The notes below the pieces were generated by a model. That model made no database searches, was not told where the DNA came from, and was given only the letters and a program-made list of their open reading frames with translations. A stretch of DNA of 64,000 nucleotides from Pristiophorus japonicus (lineage: Eukaryota): assembly GCF_044704955.1 (NCBI RefSeq), contig NC_091991.1, forward strand, positions 114,886,001 to 114,950,000, given 5' to 3'. Every line of letters starts with the position of its first letter. Positions within the stretch are counted from its first letter, which is position 1. Below, piece after piece: positions 1 to 11,300 of the stretch. Both the position numbers and the translations under genes were made by a program.

Positions 1-2750
1 AATTTCTCCCAGTCCCCGGGTTCACTGCTATTTCTGGACAATTTGTATGCCACTTCCTTGGCTTTAATACTATTCCTGATTTCCCTTGATAGCCACGGTT
101 GAGCCACCTTCCCTTTTTTATTTTTACGCCAGACAGGGATTTACAATTGTTGTAGTTCATCCATGCGGTCTCTAAATGTCTGCCATTGCCCATACACAGT
201 CAACCCCTTCAGTATCATTCGCCAATCTATCCTAGCCAATTCACGCCTCTGGATCATGGTTTCTGAATTAACTGTTTCATTCTCTATCCTAATGTAGAAT
301 TCCACCATATTATGGTCACTCTTTCCCAAGGGGCTTCGCACAACGAGATTGCTAATTTATCCTCTCTCATTACACAACACCCAGTCTAAGATGGCCTCCC
401 CCCTAGTTGGTTCCTCGACATATTGGTCTCGAAAACTATCTCTTATGCACTCCAGGAAATCCTCCTCCTCCGTATTGCTTCCAGTTTGGTTAGCCCAATC
501 TCTATGCATATTATAGTCACCCATGATAACTGCTGCACCTTTATTGCATGCACCCCTAATTTCCTGTTTAATGCCCTCCCCAACATCACTACTACTGTTT
601 GGAGGTCTGTACACAACTCCCACTAACGTTTTTTGCCCTTTGGTGTTCTGCAGCTCTACCCATATAGATTCCACATCATCCAAGCTAATGTCCTTCCTAA
701 CTATTGCATTAATCTCCTTTTTAACCAGCAATGCCACCCCACCTCCTTTTCCTTTTATTCTATCCTTCCTGAATGTTGAATACCCTTGGATGTTGAGTCC
801 CCAGCCCTGATCATCCTGGAGCCACGTCTCTGTAATCCCAATCACATCATATCTGTTAACATCTATTTGCACATTTAATTCATCCACCTTATTATGGATA
901 CTCCTTGCATTAAGACACAAAGCCTTCAGGCTTGTTTTTTTAACACACTTTGTCCTTTTAGAATTATGATGTAGTGTGGCCCTTTTTGTTTCTTGCCTTT
1001 GTTTACTCGGCCTTCCACTATTGCTTTTTACCTTTCTACCATCTGTTTCTGACTCCATATTACTTTGCCCTATCTCGCTGCATAGGTTCCCATCCCCCTG
1101 CCATATTAGTTTGAACACTCCCGAACTGCATTAGCAAATGTTACCCCTAGGACATCAGTTCCAGTCCTGCCCATGTGCAGACCGTCCCTTTTGTACAGGT
1201 CCTACTTCCCCCAGAACTAGTTCCAATGTCCCAGGAATTTGAATCCCTCCCTCTTGCACCACTGCTCAAGCCATGTATTTATTCTAACTATCCTGCTCCC
1301 TCTACTCTGATTAGCACGTGACACTGGTAGCAATCCAGAGATTACTACCTATGAGGTCCTACTTTTTAATTTAACTCCTAGCTCCCTAAATTCAGCTTGT
1401 AGGACCTCTTCCCGCTTCTTACCTATATCGTTGGTACCTACATGTGCCACGACAACTGGCTGTTCACCCTCCCTCTCCAGAATGCTCTGCAACCGCTCTG
1501 AGACATCCTTGACCCTTGCACCAGGGAGGCAACATACCATCCTGGAGTCTCGGTTGCGGCCGCAGAATCTCCTATCTATTCCCCTTACAATAGAGTCCCC
1601 AATCACTCTCCCACTCTTTTTCCAGCCCTTCTGTGCAGCAGAGTCACCCACGGTGCCATGAACCTGGCTGCCGGTGCCTTCCCCTGGTAAGTCATCTCCC
1701 CCAACAGTACCCAAAACGGTATATCTGTTTTAGAGGGAGATGAGCACTGGGGACTCCTGCACTACCTTCCTGCTCTTGCCTTGTCTCTTGGTCACCCATT
1801 CACTATCTGTCCTAACCCTTACCTGCGGTGTGACCAACTCACTAAATGTGCTATCCATAACATTCTCAGTATCGCGCATGTTCCAGAGTGAGTCCATCCG
1901 CAGCTCCAGTGCCGTCATGCGGTCTGTCAGGAGCTGCAGCTGGACACACTTCCCGCACACATCGTAGTCAGGGACACTGGAAGTGTCCCTGACTTCCCAC
2001 ATAGCACAGGAGTAGCATGACACGGGTCCGAGCTCTCCTGCCATGACTTAACCCTTAAATTAATTTACTTACTAAAATTTACTTAAACACCAAACAGCTA
2101 CTTAGTAGTTCGCTGCCAATTAAACCAATCTAAAAGTCAGTCTAACAGAGAGTTATACTTACCAGTCGAACAGCCAACCACTTACCAGCTTGGCTGTGAC
2201 GTCACCTCTCGATTTCGCACCCCTCTATCTTTGTCTGCAACTGGTTGGGCTGGTCTCTGGGCCTCCGTCTCCTACTCTCGCACTCCTTGTCAGCTGCTCT
2301 AGTGTCAGCACTGGTAGGAAAAACAAGACAAAACAGCACCTGCCACCCCCACTTGCCCGAACTCACAAATGCCACTCTATGCTGCTGCACTCTATGCTCT
2401 GCACGAGCTGCTTCTTTTTAAACTGTATCTAGGTCAGATGACTCACTACTGGTCAGTCATTTACAGAACTGGTTTTAACTAGCTGCTAATTGCCTCCTAC
2501 TGGAGAGTTACCTTGTTTGTCTCTGCCTAAACCTGAAAGATACCCAACTATTTAACTTTTCCCCTTTAAATTAAACTGCTACTTACTTAGAAGCTACTGA
2601 CAATTGCCACTGACAATTTACTCCAGCCTCCAAATGATTTAAAGAGAATAACCCTTAAAACTCACCCACTTACCAAACTCACAAATGCCACTCTATGCTG
2701 CCACTCTATCTCCCTACTCACATCACCCTCAAGTCCAGCACTCAATTCTA
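1..2750 (-). mobile_element. CR1-type LINE, 5' half (5'UTR, ORF1, start of ORF2); runs off the left edge; disabled
   Basis: ORF1 fragments 1730-2044 (CxxC..CxxC zinc-binding) and 1349-1714 (SGNH esterase motifs GDSIVR, GTNDIG). ORF2 AP-endonuclease 357-1118 (LNARSI, ITETW, GGGVA, YRPP, GDYN) continues as SDHN in 141-341. The 5'UTR boundary is approximate. Confidence 0.93.
357..1118 (-). pseudogene. CR1 ORF2 apurinic endonuclease domain (ends at a premature stop)
   Basis: Canonical APE motifs; the domain continues in the downstream ORF fragment after the stop. Confidence 0.9.
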
Positions 2751-2838
2751 GATATAAAATGTCAAGAATAATGGCTATAAAGCATCAGTGTCCTGTTAGG
2801 ATAATGGAAGTAAAGAGTTAGGAAAATTACACGTCTAT

Positions 2839-3468
2839 GGCGTCGAAATTCGGTCCCGTTGTTTTTGAGGCGATGTCACCGCCTGAATGCTGATTTTAGC
2901 GCCGGGCGTTAGGTCCAGCCTCAAAATTCTAAATTCAGTTTTTACGCCCAAAGATGAGAGAGCAGCGCTAAAAGGTGACGTTGCACACTCATCCTCGGAC
3001 AGAAGCTCAGGAGGCTTACTGAATTTCCCGACGGGAGGTTGCCTCTGTGCTAGAAAAAAAATGGGAAGAAAAAAAAAATAACTAAAACTTCTCCGATCCT
3101 CGCACACACTTCCCCACTCTTAAAACTAATGAAAACATGCAGAAATAAATAAAAATTTCTAAGCGATTTCGCCCGAGATCTGACCTGTTATGACCACTTT
3201 TTCCTGGCTGTGCAGCCGCCAGTTTGTACGGCAGCTGTACAAAGCAAATATTGCAACAGAGGCATTAAAGAGGCGTTGCACGCTGGATGACGTCACCACA
3301 TAGGTGGCATTAGTCGGTGCAGCGTTGCCTCTTGGCACCTCTGCCAAAGAGCCGATTTAATTTAGGACAAGGCATCGACGCCGCTTACCGAGGACGGTAG
3401 GTATTGCTGCCCGTTAGCCGCCTCCCGCGCACGATAATGAGCGGCGTACAAAACCAAATTTCAACCCT
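2839..3468. mobile_element. Harbinger-type MITE, family A copy 1
   Basis: TIRs GGCGTCGAAATTCGG / CCAAATTTCAACCCT, flanked by a TAT/TAT 3-bp duplication; homologous to 59751-60434. Confidence 0.8.
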
Positions 3469-3477
3469 TATATATAT

Positions 3478-3680
3478 TTGGGTTAAGGTACTGGAAGGAT
3501 GGGCTTCAGTGAGAGAATTAGGATATTGATGGGAGGATTTTGATGAGATATGGGTATTGGAGGAATGGAATTTGATGGAAGAGTTAGAATACTAGTGGGA
3601 TTGCCCTTGGAAGAGTTAGGGTGCTAGTGGGATTGACTTTGATTGAAGAGTTAGGGTACCAGAGGGATGAACTTTGATGG
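3478..3680. repeat. Degenerate purine-rich minisatellite (gagagttagggtactggagggat-like)
   Basis: Recurrent gagttaggg(t/a)ac..gggat units. Confidence 0.55.
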
Positions 3681-4149
3681 GCATTTTTGCATTGTAAATC
3701 AGGGAACTAAAGTAACTCTGTGTGGTTATTCAACCCTCAATTATTGTAGCCGGCTCACTTTCTTTTGGCTTACTACAGGTCGTGTCTGCTCCGGATTTAA
3801 ACCTACTGCCTCATTCGTAACTGTCATGCTTCTTTTTTTTGCTGCAGCCCTACAGAGGGTAATGCCTGACAGTTTCATAACTGCTACAATTTACAGGCTT
3901 CTGTTTTTGTTTCAGTGTTGTCAGTCATGCTGCCGTCTTTACAGCTGGGATTGGCGTAAAAAGTCAATTGGAAAAGTCAGATCAATAACTTTCGAGGCCA
4001 TTTGCCTCATGCCCTTCAACCCATTATTATGACCATTAATATTTGTTTGGTATTGGTAAATCAGTCGTGATCGATGAGCTTTCACGGTGAGATTTCCCTA
4101 TGCTTATCCTCTTTCAGTAATCATATTAAAGTTAGCAAGGACGAAGCCA

Positions 4150-4370
4150 TACTGATCAGCACGTGCCTAGTCTCGGTCCCTGTCTGTGTTGTGTTAGTTG
4201 ATCTCCATTGGGGCAGTGTTAAATTAGCCAGGGTTCCCATCGCTGATTGCGATCCAGTAACCCCAGCACCCCCTCCTGGAAGTGTGTGTGAGTGAATATT
4301 GGGTGAGATTGTGACTAGGCGAAGCTGTGATGCTCTCCATGGCTGAACATCCCAACTAGCTGGGGCTGAT
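4150..4370 (+). mobile_element. Degenerate SINE-like interspersed repeat (related copy on the - strand at 23740-23945)
   Basis: Shares tgattgc.a..cag, ctggaa..tgtgt.tg and tccat..tg motifs with the reverse complement of 23740-23945; family not identified. Confidence 0.45.
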
Positions 4371-4419
4371 TCTACAATTATGCACACCAAATGGGAATTG
4401 GTGCTCATCTGATTCTCCG

Positions 4420-4812
4420 TCCAGTTGTCTGTCACTCAGAGTTTCTGTTAATTGATGTGTTTCTAAGCAGGATGTCTATTACTCAGAGATCTGTTACTTG
4501 GCGTATCTGTAACTCAGAATTTTTATTATTCAGAGCGCTATTACTTAGAGCACCTGTCACTCAGTGTCTGTTATTTGGAGTGTCTATTAGTCAAAGTGAT
4601 TGTTATTCGGAGTGCCTGTTATTCAGAATGTCTGTTACCTTACATGCCTGTTATTTTGATTGTCTTATACTTGGGGCACCTATTATTTGGATCACCTGTG
4701 CCTCAGTGTTTGTTACTTGGTGTGTCTGTTACTCAGAGTCCCTGTAATATGAAATGTTTATTGTCGTGTCCGTTACTCCGAGTTTCTGTTATGTGGCGTG
4801 TCTGTTGCTCAT
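4420..4812. repeat. Degenerate minisatellite of about 16 bp (tgtctgttactcagag)n
   Basis: Roughly 20 or more imperfect copies of ctgttactc(a/g)gagtgt. Confidence 0.8.
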
Positions 4813-4899
4813 TTTGCAGGGCATTTTCTCTCTCAAAAAACAATTTACAGTTTTAGTTAAATTGGTCCACTTGCTTTCCTTGTTCCACAAATCCTACAG

Positions 4900-6164
4900 A
4901 TGCTCTGGCTTGAATCAATGATTCTAAATGTGTTTACAGCCTGTCCTGCAGCACTTAGATTGAAAATAACTCTGAATAGATTCATTAGGAACCTTTTAGA
5001 TTCTTTAATCACATTGGATTCATGGAACAGTAATGGAGCAAGAAAACAATTGGGTTACAGATTCCATTACACTGCAATAATGTGCTAATCAGTGTCTCTG
5101 GCTTCTGGTATTTATCGGTAGCAATTACATCAGTATCCCATTTAAGCCCATTCTCTCCTGGATGATCATGCTATGATTTGGAGGTGTGTAGGCAGCCAGA
5201 ACTGAATGTTCTTGGGCAGACTCTCTTTCCTCCTCAAACCATGAGATCCCATTCTCATTTCCCAATTTCTTACTCCAACTTGCTCCTTCCCAAACTTCTA
5301 CATTTTGGAACCCCATGTGGGGGATCTTTCAGTGAAAAGCTCAAATGTGGGAGTTATAAACATGGTCTTAAAGGATGCGAAATAGAAGTTGGAGCGTTGC
5401 AAATGTCGAGAGAGAAAATGACAGCAGTTCCGAAGGGTGAACTGAGAGAAGGACTGGGTCTCTCGACTGACTATTCAGCATTTCCGTCATCCTTTACTCT
5501 ATGTTGTTACACTTCTCCCACAAAGCAGAGGAAATTGTTAAAAACTGTGCAGAGGACAACAGACTTGGTCGAAGTCACCGATTGCAAGTTTACATTTCTG
5601 AACATCAAAATTTGAAAGTTGGCTTAAGGGAAAATCTCTTCTAATTGTGGATATGGGGTTTGGCCAATTATGTGTACATAATGTGCATCCTTGTAACACT
5701 TTCGTTGTTACTAATGACCAGCTACAAATATATATGCGTCTGGAGGTTGGATCTTATTGCTCTAATCGATCTCTCCTAATTGTGGAGTGTGGTAATTTAC
5801 AATTTTATCGATACAAGGTGATCATAGACCAACGGACTTTAAAATGGCATCCTGAGAATCTGAATCTACAGCAACCCTACTTTGACCCTAATCGTGCTGT
5901 TATTTGAAAGAAGGAAATGAGCAAATGGAGTACAAGATTTTAACAGCAAGCAATCGTTGTGGACATTAACCATCACACTGTGGAAATCAAGAACGTTCGC
6001 ACAACTTTGGACCAGGTTGGACATGTAAGCTGGAGGGAGTCATGTTCAGATGGAGCACGACAGCAACAGGCGTGATGAACACAATGTTACACCCTGTCCT
6101 TATGCTGGTGCTGTTTCCGTTGATTGTGCTGGTCATTTTGATTTACTATGGATGTCGTGTTTGA
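4900..6164 (+). pseudogene. env: Decayed retroviral env remnant, probably lokiretrovirus-like (F-protein-like) class
   Basis: Across stops and one frameshift, 5881-6164 reads IVVDINHHTVEIKNVRTTLDQVGHVSWRE/MFRWSTTATGVMNTMLHPVLMLVLFPLIVLVILIYYG: a helix, a W..F.WS.TATG..N...HP motif and a TM anchor. Cys-rich fragments and an RFIR site near 4980 lie upstream. Confidence 0.6.
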
Positions 6165-6274
6165 AAACAAGGACTACAACTGGAGAATGCTGTTGAATGA
6201 GTTCAAATGGCCATACAAATGTTACCCAGATAAGGCCTGGCAGAGAGGCAAAGAGAAGAAGAAGTGGGGGAATT

Positions 6275-7050
6275 TGGGAGTGCAAGCCTGCATTTCTGAA
6301 ACGCTTTGTTCAGCGCAGTCTGGAGATAGCGAAAGGGTTAAAGGTTGGAAGATTGAAGTTTGGATTAAAATAGGATGTTTGGATCGAAACAGGCTGCTAC
6401 ACGATATGGAGCCATTTAGCCATTGAAATGTGTCTATCTGATCACCTGTGTGTTTACAGTACTTCATGGTGGGAATCGATTTATGGCAGTGAGACTTGAC
6501 TTCAGGATAATGAGTGGCTGGTCATTTATCTGTATGTTGAGTATTTGAGTGTAACTTATTATTATGCGAATAATCTGAGTTGTGTATAGTAATTCATGAC
6601 ATTGTCTGCATTTGAGTGTACCTTGTTACTATGCAAATAAAAATTTGATGGCATCATCTGTATGTTACAACGATCTGGTTTGTGTATAGTAATTCAGAAA
6701 GCAGTTAGCTGTGATTTCAGGACAATGCCATTTTGAATCTACATTATCTGCATGTTAATTGTCTAAATGTACTATGCAAAGAAACAAGAGTTCAAAGGCT
6801 TTTTTGGTATAAAGGTGAGAGTTTGACACACAGACATTAGACACTGGACATTTGGAAGGCGTGTGCCTCACAAGCAGCCATGAAAATCGGAGCAAGCAGT
6901 GCCTTTGTGAAGTGTCTCACTAACTTTCATACTTGGTTTATATAGCATGAATGTCTTAATAAAAGACCTGATCCTGCCTTTACTACAACTGAGTGTTTGT
7001 GTAATTCGACGTTTAAAGCAACGAAGTGAAAAGAGTAAGAAAGCTATACA
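6275..7050 (+). mobile_element. Probable 3' LTR of the decayed env-bearing element
   Basis: Preceded by the purine tract AGAAGAAGAAGTGGGGGAA; TG start and CA end; TATAAA near 6808; AATAAA near 6958; internal degenerate duplications. No partner LTR seen. Confidence 0.5.
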
Positions 7051-7120
7051 ACGCCCCATACCTCCAGTTTCTCTTCCTCCCACAGTCTCAAATCAGAAGT
7101 TTAATGCCGTCTAATCACTA

Positions 7121-7585
7121 CTGTGTCAACTGTGGCTCAGTGGGTAACACTCTCGCCTAAGTCTGAAGGTTGTGAGTTCGAGTCCCACTCCAGTGACTTG
7201 AGCACAAAATAAATCTAGGCTGGCACTCCAGTGCAGTGCTGAGGGAGCGCTACACTGTCAGAGTTGCCGTCTTTCAGATGAGAAATTAAATCGAGGCCCC
7301 GTCTGCCCTCTGAAGTGGACGTAAAAGATCCCATGGCACTATTTCGAAGAGCAGGTGAGTTATCCTCGGTGTCCTGGCCAATATTTATCCCTCAATCCCT
7401 CATAACAAAAAAACAGATTATCTGGTCATTATCACATTGCTGATTGTGGGAGCTTACTTGTGCACAAATTGGCTGCCGCGTTTCCCACATTACAACAGTG
7501 ACTACACTTCAAAAGTGGGTTATAAAGTGCTTTGAGACATTTGGTAGTTGTGAAAAGCGCTATATAAAGCCTAGTCTTTCTTTTT
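7121..7585 (+). mobile_element. DeuSINE (SacSINE1-like tRNA-derived SINE)
   Basis: tRNA-like head with A/B boxes (TGGCTCAGTGG..GTTCGAGTCCC), Deu core (GTAAAAGATCCCATGGCACTATT..GTGTCCTGGCCAATATTTATCCCTCAA) and an L2-like tail. Confidence 0.85.
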
Positions 7586-8362
7586 ACTTCTTGATTTACT
7601 GACTTGTTTTATTTTCAACCTTGACGGTATCTTGCGCTGTGGGTCTCAGCACTAGCCCTGGATTTTTCAATAAAAATGCCCATTAAACTAAACATGGCAT
7701 GTTAGTCAGAGAGATTAGGGAGGGGATATTAGGATTTAACTATCAATATACACTCGTACTATACTTATCTTTAACTGTCATTATACAGTGTATCACACTG
7801 CACCTTTAACCATCTTCACATATGTGTTGTACACTTTGAAAATTCCCGACATTGCCTTGTTCACTAAATTAATTATTGACATCTACTGGCTGAAAATGGC
7901 TTCTGCTGCTCCTGGCTCATTAGCAATGGCGATATTAAATTGCACTTAAAACTACTCTGAGGAGTGGGGCAATGTAAGTGAGTCGAAAACATTTTCAGAG
8001 AGACTCCTAATGAACCCTTTGGGGAATAGTAAGAGTACTACTACATTGTAAAATATTATAAAATACAACACAGGAAATATCTTTGGGCTGCAGCACAGAG
8101 AAATATTGTATTAATGTCCCTTCTTTCCATGTGATTACATCAGAGGGATAACTTTCATTGCGGCATCCATGTGAAGTGTTTCCGGGTAGCTGCTGCTGGT
8201 GCCCTTATGGGAGGAATCCTTCGGAAGAATAGAGAACACATGACACCACAACAGTTGAATAAATATCCCCTTTTCAGGAATTGTGTCCATTCGGTTAGAC
8301 ATTACCATAATTATCACAGTTCAGTACCTCAACTAGGAAGATGTGAGCCTCCTGATCAGAAT

Positions 8363-11300
8363 TGTCATGTATTCAACCATCATTGTAACCCATGTATAAA
8401 CTGACCTAAGTCATACATTGTGAGAACAATGACCACTAGGTGGTGAACTTGTGGGAGACATTCCTAACCTGGACTTTCAGGTACAAAAGGGGAAGCTCCA
8501 CCCACCTTCATCACTTGAGTGCTATGAAATAAAGGTTACTGGTCACAGAGTGACCTTCTCTCAAGCATGGGCCTCGTGTGCATTTATACTGTATAGTAAG
8601 GACATATTATTGGCGACGAGAAACTGGGATTTAAACCACACGAGCATGGCCACTAGCAGCACAGACAAGAGGTACTGTGTTGGGGATAATTGGAACGATT
8701 TTATTGAGAGACTACAGCAAAGTTTCGTCACTAAAGAATGGTTGGGACAGGAGTCGGCTGACAAACGCAGGGCTCATCTCCTGACAGTTTGTGGATCCAG
8801 GACGTACTCCCTGATGAAGGACCTTCTAGTGCCAGAGAAGCCGGCGGACAAGATGTTTGAAGAGCTCAGTAAGTTGATCGGGGAACACCTTAAACCGGCG
8901 AGCAGCATGCACATGGCGAGACACCGGTTTTATACGCACCCGCGGTGAGAAGGGCAAAGCGTTCCAGACTTCGTGGCAGATCTCTGGCGCCTGGCCAGCC
9001 TATGTAAGTTCCCAGATGTATGCAGAGCGGAGATGCTGCGAGACTTTTTTATTGAGGGCATCGGGCACGCTGGGGTTTTCAGGAAACTGATTGAGACCAA
9101 CGACTTGACCCTGGAAACAGCGCCCTTGATGGCCCAGACTTTTATCTCGGGGGAGGAAGAGACCAGAATGATGTTTGACAAAAATCTGGGCTCAAATGCA
9201 GCAAATGGACAGGGATTCAACATTGTTAAAGCGGCACACAGTTCTGCAGGCAGCCAAGGGCAATCGGACATGCCCCAACATGTAGTCGAACCCAAAGAGG
9301 GAATTCAACAGAAACAATGGCTAACTGAACGGCAATTCATGCCATCGCAAGGGACAATGCGGCCAGTAATGGGGCCATCAACACCTGTTAATGGTGAGCT
9401 TAAGGACAGTCACAGAGACAGTCAGAGACAATCGACTGGTAATGGACCTTTTGTTTCCAACAACGGCTCATGTTGGAGGTGTGGAGGCACACATCCAGCC
9501 AGAGTTAGTAGGTATCAGCAATATACCTGCAGAAATTGCAACGTCAGCGGTCACTTTGCAGGAAGCTTGCATCCAGGCTGATGTACGAGGAGGACGGATC
9601 CGATGTAAGCCCTATGGGGCCAAATGTACACTGGGGGAAAGTGCTGGAAGCTGAAGTTCAGCGAGTTCATGTGGAGCACGTATACAGGACGCCACCGATA
9701 ATGATGAAAGTGTTCCTCAATGGCATCCCAGTATCAATGGAGCTAGACACGGAGGCCAGCCAATCCCTGATGAGTATCAAACAGTTTGAAAAGTTATGGG
9801 CGTCCAAGGCCGGGAGGCCAAAATTATCGCCGATTGACGTACAGCTACGGACATACACAAAGGAGATCATTCTGGTGCTAGGCAGCAGCACGGTAGTCGT
9901 GACCCACAAAGATTCGGAGAACAGATTGCCACTCTGGATTGTCCCGGGGGACGGTCTCGCACTACTGGGGAGGAGTTGGCTTGCTATCATGAACTGGAAA
10001 TGGGGCGATGTCAATGCAATTTCTTCTGTGGAGCGAGCATCATGCTCACAGGTCCTGGACAAATTTGATTCGTTATTTCAACTCGGCATCAGCACTTTCA
10101 TGGGGACCAAGGTAGTGATTTACATAAATCCAGACGCCAGGCCAGTATACCACAAGGTCAGAGCGGTGCCATACGTGATGCGGGAAAAGATAGAAGGCGG
10201 ATTGGACCGCCTGCTGAGGGAAGGCATCATCTCGCCAGTCGAATTCAGTGACTGGGCGAGCCCGATTGTGCCGGTGCTCAAGGCAGGATATGTGGTGATT
10301 ACAAGGCCACCATCAATCGGGTGTCACTCCAAGACCAGTACCCACTACCGAGAGCGGAGGACCTTTTTGCGACGCTATCCGGTGGCAAACTTTTTTCAAA
10401 ATTGGACCTGACCTCAGCTTACATGAGCCAGGAGCTGGAGAGTGAGTCGAAGAAACTGACCACCATCACGAGGGGTTGTTTGAGTACAACAGATGCCTGT
10501 TCGGGATTCGTTTGGCCGCCGCGATCTTTCAACGAAATATGGAAAGCCTCCTCAAGTCGATTCCAGGGACGGTGGTTTTTCAAGACGACATCCTCATCAC
10601 GGGTCGCGATACTGAAGAACACCTCCACAACCTGGAGGAGGTGCTACGCAGACTGGACCGGGTAGGGCTGCGACTGAAAAAGGCGAAGTGCTTCTTCCTA
10701 GCTCCACAGGTAGAATTCATGGGGATGAGGGTAGCAGCAGACGGGATCAGACCTACTGCGTCCAAGACGGAAACGATCGAGAGAGCACCCAGACTCCATA
10801 ACACGACGGAGTTGCGTTCCTGAACTATTTTGGTAACTTTCTTCCCAAATTGAGCACGCTGTTAGAGCCGCTACACGTGCTCCTATGCAAAGGTCGCGAA
10901 TGGGTCTTGGGGTCAGCCAGGAAAGGGCTTTTGTTATGCTCCAACAATCTGTTAATGCTATATGACCCATGAAAGAAACTTGTTTTAATGTGCGATGTGT
11001 CATCCTATGGTGTCGGGTGTGTGTTGCAGCATGTCAATGCCAAGGGTCAGTTACAGCCGGTAGCTTATGCCTCCAGAAGTCTGTCTCAGGCAGAAAGGGG
11101 CTACGGGATGGTAGAAAAGGAGGCGCTTACATGTGTATATGCGGTAAAGAAAATGCACCAGTACTTGTTTGGCAGGAAATTTGAGCTGGAGACAGATCAC
11201 AAACCCCTAACGTCCCTTTTGGCCGACAACAAGGCCATAAATGCAAACGCATCGGCCCGCATACAGAGGTGGGCACTCACGTTAGCCGCCTATGACTATA

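Noticed and set aside
4391-4856. Hydrophobic, Cys-rich ORFs
   Set aside because: They are translations of the 16-bp minisatellite.
7121-7205. tRNA gene
   Set aside because: The tRNA-like sequence is the head of a multi-copy SINE and continues into the Deu domain.
8135-8340. Host exon in unique sequence
   Set aside because: No recognisable protein motif and no convincing pair of splice sites; the same applies to 49042-49281 and 59402-59646.
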